From: a virus
Length of the DNA: 64,000 bases
Virus genome (UHGV): UHGV-1353888
Strand: one strand, 5' to 3'
The position numbers and the translations under genes were made by a program. A model generated the notes under the pieces. The model was not told the DNA's origin. It was given only the letters and a program-made list of their open reading frames with translations, and did not search any database. Position 1 is the stretch's first letter, and each line of letters starts with the position of its first letter. Below are positions 1-9,400 of the stretch, piece after piece.

Positions 1-525
1 GACCCCGGTAAAAGCGGAGGTCTCGTTCTCCTTTCCCCCAGCAATACGACGGTTTACTATGCCGCGATGCCAGAAGACTTGAACCATGTACTCAAGTTTT
101 TTAACATCGTGGATAAACCAAAGAATGCGGTATATTGGTATGAATACCTTACTTTCGCCCAACAGGCCAGGGGCAAGGATGGAGAAGTACTCAGGTTCTC
201 TAATCCCCGTGCCATGGGTATACTCGGTAAGAATTCTGGTCACATTGAAGGTATCGCAAAGGCAAAGGGTTTTGATGTTAAGTCCGTTGTACCTCAACGA
301 TGGATGGCCGAGATTGGAGCGCACGAAGCGGGCATTACGTACTTAGAGAAAACTAAGTGGAAGAATAATCTCAAATCAATTGCACAGCGCGAATTCCCCA
401 AGGCTAAGGTAACGCTCAAGATTGCTGACGCTTTGCTGATTGCTCTCTACGCTTGCCGAACGGAACTTAATGACCCAACATATAGTCTTACCGATTGGGA
501 ATGTGTTAAAGTAATTTTCGATTAA
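1..525 (+). CDS. RuvC-like Holliday junction resolvase, 5'-partial (the ORF is open to the window edge)
   Basis: Frame 1 is open from nt 1. The N-terminus DPGKSGGLVLLS resembles the RuvC catalytic motif. The C-terminal ADALLIALYA matches the RuvC D-A-x-A-I-A motif. Confidence 0.55.
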   Translation, partial: DPGKSGGLVLLSPSNTTVYYAAMPEDLNHVLKFFNIVDKPKNAVYWYEYLTFAQQARGKDGEVLRFSNPRAMGILGKNSGHIEGIAKAKGFDVKSVVPQRWMAEIGAHEAGITYLEKTKWKNNLKSIAQREFPKAKVTLKIADALLIALYACRTELNDPTYSLTDWECVKVIFD

Positions 526-527
526 TC

Positions 528-2351
528 ATGGCTCGCACATTCACCAAGTATGGTCTCTCCTGGCCTATTGGAACGAGTGCAGTAGATATTGAACTGTACT
601 GTTTCAAGTACGACCACCCCACGGAAAAGGGAGGACTCAACCGATATGGCCACGCAAAGAATGCGATTGACCTGCTCTGGAATTACCAGGACTCCCCTAC
701 TCCAATCATATGGAACCCTTGGCTTGAGATGGGCCTAGAGGCATGTTGTAAAAACGATGTGTGCATCATGGGGGGTGGTTCCTCCTGTGGGAAGAGCATG
801 ATGATGGCTATTATGGCCCTATTGTTCTACCTTGCGGACCCAGTAAATACCTTATGCCTCGTTACCTCCACAACCATTGATGGCGCGAAACAGCGTATCT
901 TCAAGGATATTAAACGATTTTGGAGAACATCCTTTCCAGGCAAGCTGGTAGATGGCAGGGGACAGATTAAAGGCATCAACGAAGAAGGTCTTCTGGACGA
1001 TTCCCGCGGTATCAAGATTGTCCCCTGCGCGAACATTGGCGACCCGAGCTCCAGGTTCATTGGTATCAAGGCAAAGAACATGCACGTATTTTATGACGAG
1101 CTTTCCGAACTTCCGATTGAACTTGTAGATGTCTGGCGAAGCAACCTTCGAACCAACGCCGTTGATACTCCCCCGACTCTTATGGCCGCCTCCAACCCGA
1201 AGAGCAAGATGGACGCTTTTGGCCTTCTGGCAAAACCACGACTTGGGTGGAACAGCTTAGACATCACGGAGGTAGATACGTGGGAAACTACTGATGGCAT
1301 TTATGTCAGGTTTGATAACACTAAGAACCCCCGTATTTCTCTTGGACGTGAAGACTGGTCTTGGTTTACAGATTACCAAACTATTCAGGATGCAATTGAT
1401 ACCTACGGGGAGAACTCTCCCCAGGTTCTCCGATTCTACAAAGCGACCTTTTCGGACGATGTGGAAGAAGGGTGCCTAATCTCCGAGAATGAGATTATCG
1501 CCGCGGCATGCGACACTCGCCCCATTTGGGGTTCGGAAGAGCCTGTGAAGATTGCGGCTATGGACCCTGCCTACACCAACGGCGGGGACTTGACTGTTCT
1601 TAAAACAGCCTTCGTTGGTCTCACGATTGAGGGGAATCTCGCCCTCTGCCAGGACAGAACGGTCGTACTCAAGGCTCCGAGCGCAAAGTCCTCTACGATG
1701 AACAAGAAGGACCGGAGCTTTGTAATCGCAAGACAGGTAAAGGAAATCCTGGAAGAAGAAGGTATCCCTGCTGAGAACTTCATTGTGGACATTACTGGTG
1801 GGGTTAGCTTCGGGGACGTGCTCAGTTCTTTCATTGATTCGGATTTCATCTCTCTATCCTATGCTGGCAAGGCTTCGACCGCGGCCATATCAGCGAAGGA
1901 TTCCGCAAGGGCCTGTGACGTTTACCACAACAAGGTATCCGAACTTTGGGGTTCCATGCAACAGGCTATCAAGGCGCGTCAGCTTTTTGGTCTTGACCCA
2001 ACTACCATCAACGAGATTAAATCTCGAAAGTACACCCTCGTTGGTAACAGGATTAAGATGGAAGAGAAGGCTGATATGAGAAAGAGGCTTCGAAAGAGTC
2101 CGGATAACGCTGATACGGTAGCCATGCTTTGCATGCTTGCCCGCCGTAAGTTCCCAGCACTATTCGGGAAGATTGCAAGGAGGAGCTACACCCCTACGCC
2201 TACGGTGGAAAGCCAAGTTGAAGTGAATAGCAATGGGGTTAAAGTAATCCGAGGACCCTATCTCAAAGCCTACCTAAAAGATGTAGAGGTAGTTCCGGAT
2301 AAAAGAGACTGGCGGGATGAAGCCCTACGTTTAAGAAATTTAAAACTCTAA
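528..2351 (+). CDS. Putative terminase large subunit
   Basis: The 607-aa protein has a Walker-A-like motif, MGGGSSCGKS. It sits right after the resolvase and two genes before a portal-sized gene. The C-terminal half is Asp-rich and nuclease-like. Confidence 0.5.
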   Translation: MARTFTKYGLSWPIGTSAVDIELYCFKYDHPTEKGGLNRYGHAKNAIDLLWNYQDSPTPIIWNPWLEMGLEACCKNDVCIMGGGSSCGKSMMMAIMALLFYLADPVNTLCLVTSTTIDGAKQRIFKDIKRFWRTSFPGKLVDGRGQIKGINEEGLLDDSRGIKIVPCANIGDPSSRFIGIKAKNMHVFYDELSELPIELVDVWRSNLRTNAVDTPPTLMAASNPKSKMDAFGLLAKPRLGWNSLDITEVDTWETTDGIYVRFDNTKNPRISLGREDWSWFTDYQTIQDAIDTYGENSPQVLRFYKATFSDDVEEGCLISENEIIAAACDTRPIWGSEEPVKIAAMDPAYTNGGDLTVLKTAFVGLTIEGNLALCQDRTVVLKAPSAKSSTMNKKDRSFVIARQVKEILEEEGIPAENFIVDITGGVSFGDVLSSFIDSDFISLSYAGKASTAAISAKDSARACDVYHNKVSELWGSMQQAIKARQLFGLDPTTINEIKSRKYTLVGNRIKMEEKADMRKRLRKSPDNADTVAMLCMLARRKFPALFGKIARRSYTPTPTVESQVEVNSNGVKVIRGPYLKAYLKDVEVVPDKRDWRDEALRLRNLKL

Positions 2352-2353
2352 TC

Positions 2354-3013
2354 ATGAACATACAAGACGCAAAGAACACGACTACTCTTCAATCAGAAAG
2401 GACCAGCAAAATGGAAAGGCTGGCTCAGAAGGCGGTAGCTTTCTACAGGAATGGTGCCCCCATGGATGTCATCGAAAAGGTGACTGGCCTTAAAGGGAAA
2501 GACCTTGACAATATCCTTTCGGAAGTTGAGCTTACTCCTGATGAACTGAGGGTGAGAGACGAGCTGGCCATGGCCTATCTCTCTAACACCACCAGCAGGA
2601 TTCAGAAAAGGAGGGACGAAATCTCAAAGGAGAAGTCCCGAATTCTGGAAGCAATCTCCGGGAAGGCATCCAACCTTTTGACGAGCGGTGTGTCCAAGCT
2701 ACTGAACTTTGTAGAGGATGTTGAACTCTTCGATATGAAGGATGCCGAGAAGCTTATACATGTCCTCGAAAAGGTGAATGGACTGACAGATAAGCTCCAT
2801 GAAGGACTTATCAGAGCGGACCAGAATATCCTCAGTGACATTGTTGAGAGTATCCGAATTGAACAGACGGATACCACACGCCAGATGATTCTGGACGATA
2901 CTGATGAAGATGGAAGGGTTCTGCTTGATGGAGATGGCAGGAGGAAAAAGACCCGCGTCGTAGAAGAAGAAAGTGTTCAACGAGTGGTCGGCGTAAACGT
3001 TAAACCACTTTAA
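2354..3013 (+). CDS. Hypothetical protein
   Basis: The ORF is closely spaced after the terminase, with a possible HTH-like N-terminus. It is followed by a hairpin terminator. Confidence 0.45.
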   Translation: MNIQDAKNTTTLQSERTSKMERLAQKAVAFYRNGAPMDVIEKVTGLKGKDLDNILSEVELTPDELRVRDELAMAYLSNTTSRIQKRRDEISKEKSRILEAISGKASNLLTSGVSKLLNFVEDVELFDMKDAEKLIHVLEKVNGLTDKLHEGLIRADQNILSDIVESIRIEQTDTTRQMILDDTDEDGRVLLDGDGRRKKTRVVEEESVQRVVGVNVKPL

Positions 3014-3022
3014 CAGGAGAAG

Positions 3023-3052
3023 CCCCGTCTAGTAGGCGGGGTTTCTTTTTTG
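3023..3052 (+). terminator. Rho-independent terminator, immediately followed by the TTTTGTATGACACA motif
   Basis: Stem CCCCGTC with loop tagta and stem GGCGGGG, then TTTCTTTTTTG. The motif TGTATGACACAAC lies at 3051-3063. Confidence 0.6.
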
Positions 3053-3053
3053 T

Positions 3054-3953
3054 ATGACACAACACAATATTGATAGAATCTATTTCTATGGTATAACTCA
3101 ACAAGACATGGCCATTTCAAAAGCTGAACAACGAAAGAAAGAACGGATAGCCAAGAGCAAGGCCCGAAGGAACCGTGGCATAAAAAAACATGATGTAGAC
3201 AAGAGTGACCTTCGACCCCGGAATTTTCAGGAGCTTATGTACAAGTGGCTCCCCGCTACCCTTGAATTTAATTACAGGGGAGAAGACTTTGATGTATATG
3301 ATTACTACGCCGCAGGAACAAGCGGAGGTGGACAGAACCACCTTGCTATCGGTTCTACAAATGGGGCATTAGAAATCATTGGGTACACCAAGTTCCCAAG
3401 TACCCCCTATGCAGTAAGATGTGTATGTGGTCGAGTAATGAAGCTGAATATTAAGGACTTCAACGAACACCCCCACTGTGGGTGTTTTTTCCGTGCTGTC
3501 CGAACAGCCTACCTGATTCGCACCCGCATTGAAGCAGTTCGCTCCTGGCTGAATAATGTGGGAGACTGGTTACTTGACCTTGAAGTTATCGAGGATTATA
3601 TGGTAGACTTCATTGATAAGTCCCGAGGTCTGGACCAAAGGAAAACCCCCTATGTGAGAAAGTCCCCCGCTGAACCATTCATCAATTTACTTCACGGGAA
3701 AACTGACCCAATGCCGCAGGAATTTCTTGATTTCTTCCTGCTCATTTCTACGACGAAAAGCTATAAAAAGCTCCTTACAGAACTCGTTGATAAGAACAGC
3801 GAATACCCTTTGTGGGAAGCTATTCCTCTTAGCGACATGTCCGAGTATGAGAGGGTGAGCAATTCCCTCCCGGAGTTTGATGCGGCAACCTTTATTAATC
3901 TTATCCACCATCTCAATGAAACAGAAGCTTCCAAGTTTACGGAGGGTAGTTAA
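3054..3953 (+). CDS. Hypothetical Cys-containing protein (start may be the ATG at 3108)
   Basis: 299-aa ORF. The first ATG lies inside the conserved motif, so the ATG at 3108 (MAISKAEQ...) is an alternative start. Contains CVCGRV...HCGC. Confidence 0.5.
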   Translation: MTQHNIDRIYFYGITQQDMAISKAEQRKKERIAKSKARRNRGIKKHDVDKSDLRPRNFQELMYKWLPATLEFNYRGEDFDVYDYYAAGTSGGGQNHLAIGSTNGALEIIGYTKFPSTPYAVRCVCGRVMKLNIKDFNEHPHCGCFFRAVRTAYLIRTRIEAVRSWLNNVGDWLLDLEVIEDYMVDFIDKSRGLDQRKTPYVRKSPAEPFINLLHGKTDPMPQEFLDFFLLISTTKSYKKLLTELVDKNSEYPLWEAIPLSDMSEYERVSNSLPEFDAATFINLIHHLNETEASKFTEGS

Positions 3954-4019
3954 CTCCGATAAGACTTCCAAGAACAAAGACCTTACAGCCAATGGGTGGA
4001 GAACCAAGACTGGAAAGTG

Positions 4020-4452
4020 TATGGATGCCGGAACATGGGGAGATGCCTATAGATTCCAGAAGGTCTTCTTTACCTTCGTAAAATCCAATCAGAAGATGCA
4101 ACCTCTTCTAGGTGAGAGTGCTCCACATTACAGTCCGTATTCCCCTACGTGTCCCGTCACCATAGCTCGTGGAACGAAGGTCGAGGTAGTTGATGCTTTT
4201 CGAATAAATATTTTCAGTAGTGAACGGAACCATCCTCCGTTTGAATTAAAACCCAATAACCTAACCACCAACCAATTCTTTCCCCTGCTTTACCACCCCT
4301 TCATTGAGGCCCAGCTTTATTATAGTTGGTATCCTATGATGCGCTTAATGTGTCAAGATAGAGCATTTTTATTGACACCACTGGGGTGTGTAACGTATGG
4401 TAAGAACCAACCAACTACGGTTAACACAGAACAACGTAATCAAATTATCTAA
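4020..4452 (+). CDS. Hypothetical protein (uncertain)
   Basis: The ORF fills the gap and ends with a TAATG overlap onto the next gene. Start chosen at the internal ATG 4020 because the track start overlaps the upstream gene. Confidence 0.3.
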
Positions 4453-5402
4453 TGTCTACGACACTAATCATCCCCTGCGAACCGAGAGTAGTAGCTAATG
4501 CTGATGCCATTATCCAGTCTATTCTGGATTCCCACGAAGAAGAACAGTTGAAGAGGCACAACCTCGTTATCATTTCTCCATATCTTGGTGAATACAAAGC
4601 AGAGAAGTTCCTGGAAGAACTTACTCCTGTGTTCGGCAATACCTACCATCATGTTCTTAAGACCCCCTGCGCTGAACCCTTCGGCTTTATCAATGCCGCC
4701 TTCTCCGATACCCTCGCCTATCTTGACCTCAATTATTCCAAGGATTCTATCTCCCCTGTTATTTGGTATGACGAGAAAGGCCAGGACCGTTTTCAGAAAG
4801 ATGCGCTCGACATCATCGAAGCGGTCTACTACAAGAAGAGTTCTTTCCAGCTTTACGGACCCGAAAATAAGACCATCGCAAAGAAGGGCACTCCCGGTAC
4901 AATGTCCGCGGGAACCCCTGAGAAAAAGTTCCCGGACCATTCATTTGTGTTCAGTTCCGACTTTATCAGCCGTTACCCTCACACCGCCCCATATGTCCGC
5001 TCCTTGTCAAGCAACTCCCACTTTAGGCCCTTCCTCGCCGAAGCCTTGATTAATGACAAGTCTGAAAAACTGAACTCCTGGGACTCTATTTTCCAGGTAG
5101 ATGCGAATCCTGCGGTTCCGGAAGAAGTTACCGTAAGTTCTGTTCAGGTTGCCTCAACCCCGTCTAATACTCCTGTAGCCAACTTCTCCCGAACCAACCC
5201 CCCTGTTGTTTCCGGAGCCTCCCCCATCCCCGTTAACGAGCCTATGACCAGCACCATACCCGAAGGAAAGGCAGACGAACTCCGTTCATTCCTGCTTGGT
5301 AAAGGACAGACCTCCGATACTGAGAAACAGGAATCTCCCGACCCCAAAACCAGCGGTAAAAAAAAGAAGGCTACTGGGGAAGATAAGGAATCCTCAATTT
5401 AA
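4452..5402 (+). CDS. Hypothetical protein with a Pro/Ser/Thr-rich C-terminus
   Basis: 316-aa ORF with a low-complexity P/S/T-rich tail. It lies between the terminase and the portal. Confidence 0.5.
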   Translation: MSTTLIIPCEPRVVANADAIIQSILDSHEEEQLKRHNLVIISPYLGEYKAEKFLEELTPVFGNTYHHVLKTPCAEPFGFINAAFSDTLAYLDLNYSKDSISPVIWYDEKGQDRFQKDALDIIEAVYYKKSSFQLYGPENKTIAKKGTPGTMSAGTPEKKFPDHSFVFSSDFISRYPHTAPYVRSLSSNSHFRPFLAEALINDKSEKLNSWDSIFQVDANPAVPEEVTVSSVQVASTPSNTPVANFSRTNPPVVSGASPIPVNEPMTSTIPEGKADELRSFLLGKGQTSDTEKQESPDPKTSGKKKKATGEDKESSI

Positions 5403-5411
5403 TAAACCCTG

Positions 5412-7697
5412 ATGCAATACTCCACGTCTCCCGATAATCCCAGTTATGGGACAGCCATGGTCTCTGTAATTGACCAGCAAGGAAACTTCCTAAAGCTTCG
5501 TGTTCCTAATGCTGTGATTGCACGAGGATTATACATGAATGCGTTGAGAGCCGATTTGGAGTCCCGGAGCAACCGCAACACCGCCCAGGAAGAACTGGAC
5601 GGTGTTGCCCCCTTCGACGATGCCACTCTACAGGCATTAGGACAGTCTAACCGTACCAACAATAACTTTAGGTACATGAGGCTATTCCACAGTAAGGTAA
5701 TGGCGGCTCTGAACGACACCATTGAATCGACTCCCTATCTTCTCTCCGTGAGAACGAAGGCTGGAAACAAGCAAGCCCAGGTAAGATATTCCGAGAGGCT
5801 TTCCTTCCACCTTACCAAACTCATTAGGAACATGGAAGGATACCATAGCATCATGAACTACCTGCTTCACAATTTCGCGTATCACGGGTTTGCCGCCGCT
5901 TACTTCGATGATAAGGATACGTGGTATTGGAATGCGGGGGGACTTGATGACTTCGCTTTTGAACGAAAGACTAAGCCAGACCCCAAGACGATTGAAATCG
6001 TTTTTGCCAGCCGGACCCTTCGGGTTCACGAACTCTTGGATTTTATCCGAGATAAAGAAACGGCCAAGATGGCAGGGTGGAATCCGGAAGTAGTCGAACA
6101 GGTTTGCAAGACAGCCTCTTATTCTCTTCCGAACTATCTCAAGAGTGAAACAACTATTGAGACAATGGAGAAGAATGGAGACCTTACTATGGCTGACATG
6201 ACTGGGACGAGCATTCCCATTGTTCACGCATGGATTAAGGAATTTGATGGAACTGTTACCCATGCTGTGTTTTATGAAATGAACCAGCAAACCCCCAACT
6301 CTTCTCAAGATTCTTCTTTTGAAGTGAAGGAGGATATTGTAAATGAGTTCCTCTACATGAAAGAGAAGGCATATGACAGCATGGAACAGGCATTCGTTAT
6401 GTTCCCCTATGGGACCAGCACGAACGGGTTTATTCACAGCCTCCGAGGATTTGGTAATGACATTCTCCCTCAGACTAAGGTAGCTAACAAGCTGACCTGC
6501 GTAGGTGTGGATGCCGCTATGCAGAACCTTTCCATCACTCTCCAAGCAACCAATGAAGCCGCAAGGCTGGATGCCGCGGTGAACCCTATTGGGAACTACA
6601 CCATCATTGATGGCAACTTTCAAATATCCAACTCCGCCAATGTAGATATTCCCAAAGGTATGGGCGGAATCATGGACATGATGCAGTCCTCCATCCGGGA
6701 TTATCTCGGTGAGATTGACACCCAGGCCGATGGAAGTATGGGTAAGACCCAGTTTGAAACAGAAGTCATGTTGGGTAACGCTACCCGCCTTGCTCACCGG
6801 GTTCAAGCTCGCTTGATGGAGTGCCTCACTAAATTGTTCCGCGAGATTGTGAGACGAGTAATTTCCCCCGAACTTGACGAGCACGTAAAAGGATATGAAG
6901 AAGTCAAGGCTATGATTGAAGACCTGGACTACGAAGGGGTCCCCATCGAAGCTCTACGTGCCATTGACCCGCGGTACACCATTGCTACTCCTGCCATTGG
7001 GGATGGTTCCCCTGTACGACGAAAGCTGATGTTGAATGACATGTTCAAATACATGCAGTTTCTTCCCAAGTCTGGTCAGGACAACCTCATGCGAATGATA
7101 ACGGTTGAGAACATGACTCCCTTCCTGGGCGACCTAGTTTATCCTGAACCCGGTTCTGAGTTTGGTCAACCGAACGTCGAGGCTATTGCCGCCATGCAGA
7201 ACAATCAAATGATTCAAGGGATGGAAGTTCCCGTATTACCCAACGAAGACCACAGGGTACACGCGGATGTTCACGCCAACGAAATCCTTGTACTCATTCC
7301 TGAACAGGAACTTACCAAGGAACAGATGGCGGAACTCGCCCCCACTCTTGAAATCCTCGCATCACACTTGCAGGAACATATGCAGTATCTTGCTGTGAAG
7401 AAGGAAATCATTCCTGAATACGCACAGTATGAAAGGCTTCTGCGTAGATGTAATGAAATCATTACTAACGGAATGCGAGCCTTAGAAGCTATGGAGCGGG
7501 ATGAAGGGGGTGCCCCAGGTGAACAACAGCCGGGTGAACCTACCGAAGACCAGATTGCCATGATGAAAGCACAAGCCGAAGAAGAAAGAAAGAATGCGGC
7601 TTTTCAGGCAGAACAGGGTAGACTCGACAGGGAATCTACAGCGGAGATAGCTCGAAAGAGCGCGGAAGCGGCAGAAAAAATTATCTCTGGACTATAA
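5412..7697 (+). CDS. Putative portal protein
   Basis: 761 aa, placed between the terminase and the scaffold/capsid genes, with an acidic C-terminal tail typical of portals. The call rests on position and size only. Confidence 0.45.
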   Translation: MQYSTSPDNPSYGTAMVSVIDQQGNFLKLRVPNAVIARGLYMNALRADLESRSNRNTAQEELDGVAPFDDATLQALGQSNRTNNNFRYMRLFHSKVMAALNDTIESTPYLLSVRTKAGNKQAQVRYSERLSFHLTKLIRNMEGYHSIMNYLLHNFAYHGFAAAYFDDKDTWYWNAGGLDDFAFERKTKPDPKTIEIVFASRTLRVHELLDFIRDKETAKMAGWNPEVVEQVCKTASYSLPNYLKSETTIETMEKNGDLTMADMTGTSIPIVHAWIKEFDGTVTHAVFYEMNQQTPNSSQDSSFEVKEDIVNEFLYMKEKAYDSMEQAFVMFPYGTSTNGFIHSLRGFGNDILPQTKVANKLTCVGVDAAMQNLSITLQATNEAARLDAAVNPIGNYTIIDGNFQISNSANVDIPKGMGGIMDMMQSSIRDYLGEIDTQADGSMGKTQFETEVMLGNATRLAHRVQARLMECLTKLFREIVRRVISPELDEHVKGYEEVKAMIEDLDYEGVPIEALRAIDPRYTIATPAIGDGSPVRRKLMLNDMFKYMQFLPKSGQDNLMRMITVENMTPFLGDLVYPEPGSEFGQPNVEAIAAMQNNQMIQGMEVPVLPNEDHRVHADVHANEILVLIPEQELTKEQMAELAPTLEILASHLQEHMQYLAVKKEIIPEYAQYERLLRRCNEIITNGMRALEAMERDEGGAPGEQQPGEPTEDQIAMMKAQAEEERKNAAFQAEQGRLDRESTAEIARKSAEAAEKIISGL

Positions 7698-7700
7698 TAA

Positions 7701-8024
7701 ATGAGAAGACCATTAGAAAGAAAAGAAGACTTCCGTAGAGACGAGGTGAAGGTCAATGAATTACATCGACTTTTACAGAGCCCCGTCATGAGAGAAGCCA
7801 TCGACCTAATCCATGATTTGGCCTGCCCCACTACGGTGGCAGGTTCCATGGAAGTAGCGGCACTCCAAGGAAGTTATTATGCAGGATGCAATTTTGCAAT
7901 AAATACCTTGCTTGAGTTAACAAGTTTGGATATGCTATCCAATACCTCAACCACCAAAACCCCTATACAAGACCCTCTCTTAGATAAGATTGAGAGGATT
8001 AGAGCATTCAATTCTAGACCTTAA
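7701..8024 (+). CDS. Hypothetical protein
   Basis: 107-aa ORF closely spaced between the portal and scaffold genes. Confidence 0.4.
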   Translation: MRRPLERKEDFRRDEVKVNELHRLLQSPVMREAIDLIHDLACPTTVAGSMEVAALQGSYYAGCNFAINTLLELTSLDMLSNTSTTKTPIQDPLLDKIERIRAFNSRP

Positions 8025-8029
8025 TTCAC

Positions 8030-9190
8030 ATGAGCGACGTAGTAATCATTCCCTCCAACGAAGTACCTATCCCCACCAATGGTGGAAGCGATAACCTCCT
8101 CTCCAACCTGATGGAACAGGCCGCAGGGACCGTGGTATCAGACCCCACGCCTTCACCTCAGTCAACTCCAGCCCCAGCTCCGGCCCCACAGGATTCTCCA
8201 GAACCAGCTCCTGTTGAAACTATTGAGGACAACACTCTTCCCGAAGACGAAGAGAATCCTTCCCCTGAAAACGAACCAACGGAACCTAAGGTAGAAGAGG
8301 ATAAGCCTCGTGGACAACATCAGAGTGCCGCGGCGGGGAAAAGGTTCGCTGAGATGCGTGTTCAACTTCGTGAGCAGACGAAGACCATATCTGAACTGAC
8401 ATCCAAGCTCGAAGCACTTAAAGAGAACCCCCCTGCTTCCGAAGACGTAACTAATCTGAAAAAGGAAGTAGAAACCTACAAGGGGGTCCTCAATGCGTTT
8501 GCCTATCAAACTTCGGACCAGTATAAAACCGAAGTGTCCCAACCGTTCGAAAAAGCCTCAACGGCTATATCGTCCCTTGCCCCCTCAGTCACCCAGGATG
8601 CCTTGAATGAGGTAGCCCTGAATGGGGACCTGGATGACTTTGACCGGGAGAATGCCTATGAAGAGATTGCTACCGAAGCGGGCTTACAGGCCAATGAGAT
8701 TAGCAAGTTCGTCAGGCTCGCCAAGGTACGTGATGCCGCTATCGCTAAGGCTACCGAGTTCAAAGAGAAAGCTGATACCTTCCGTGAGAAATTCCTTTCC
8801 GAGATTAAGGGAGACGGAAAGTACGAAGTGGACTTAACGAACTATACGAACGATGCGTTCAAAGCGGAAGCTGAAAGCTTTGGTCTCAAACTGGACGACG
8901 AGGGTTTGTCAGAAATCGTGAAACAAGGTAGGCACCTTGCTCATAAAATTGACAACGCTTCCTTTATGAAAGCGGCCATCCTTCCGAAGGTTGTGGACGC
9001 ATTGGAAGATGCCCGTTCAGAGATTGCAGAACTCAACAAAAAGATTGCAAAGCTCAGAGCATCAAATCCTTCTGCTACAAAGGGGGTCTCCTCTAATACG
9101 GCCCCTGCTCCAGCGAAGGCACCTGAGAGCAAGAGTCCTAGAAGTGTTGAAGACCTATTTGGTGAAGCAATGAAAATGTCGGGGTTTTAA
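8030..9190 (+). CDS. Putative scaffolding protein
   Basis: Pro/Glu-rich N-terminus followed by long heptad-like coiled-coil segments (LEALKEN..., EIAELNKKIAKLRAS). It lies immediately upstream of the capsid gene. Confidence 0.4.
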   Translation: MSDVVIIPSNEVPIPTNGGSDNLLSNLMEQAAGTVVSDPTPSPQSTPAPAPAPQDSPEPAPVETIEDNTLPEDEENPSPENEPTEPKVEEDKPRGQHQSAAAGKRFAEMRVQLREQTKTISELTSKLEALKENPPASEDVTNLKKEVETYKGVLNAFAYQTSDQYKTEVSQPFEKASTAISSLAPSVTQDALNEVALNGDLDDFDRENAYEEIATEAGLQANEISKFVRLAKVRDAAIAKATEFKEKADTFREKFLSEIKGDGKYEVDLTNYTNDAFKAEAESFGLKLDDEGLSEIVKQGRHLAHKIDNASFMKAAILPKVVDALEDARSEIAELNKKIAKLRASNPSATKGVSSNTAPAPAKAPESKSPRSVEDLFGEAMKMSGF

Positions 9191-9222
9191 AATAGCTTGA
9201 CATAATCAACCTAAAAAGTGTA

Positions 9223-9265
9223 AAGAAGGTACATCAATTAACGATGTACCTTCTTTTGCTTTTCA
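9223..9265 (+). terminator. Rho-independent terminator
   Basis: Perfect 13-bp inverted repeat AAGAAGGTACATC/GATGTACCTTCTT with loop aattaac, followed by TTTTGCTTTT. Confidence 0.6.
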
Positions 9266-9400
9266 TCGTTGGCAAAACTTTTATCTAGTAGGAGCACCCG
9301 GTTTCCCTACGGCCACCAGACAGACAACATTAAGTAGTTAAATCTACCCTGGCCTTGACAAAGCCAGACAAAACAAACCTTATTTTTTCTATCTATTTTT

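Noticed and set aside
3877-4019. Upstream portion of track ORF 3877-4452
   Set aside because: It overlaps the 3' end of gene 3054-3953 by 77 nt and uses a non-ATG start. The internal ATG at 4020 was kept instead.
5682-6884. 400-aa minus-strand ORF inside the portal gene
   Set aside because: It lies antisense to a much longer, well-organised + strand gene. Similar long antisense ORFs occur at 9389-10699, 24247-25407, 31214-32311, 33854-34951 and 36671-37606. All are shadow ORFs of GC-rich coding sequence.
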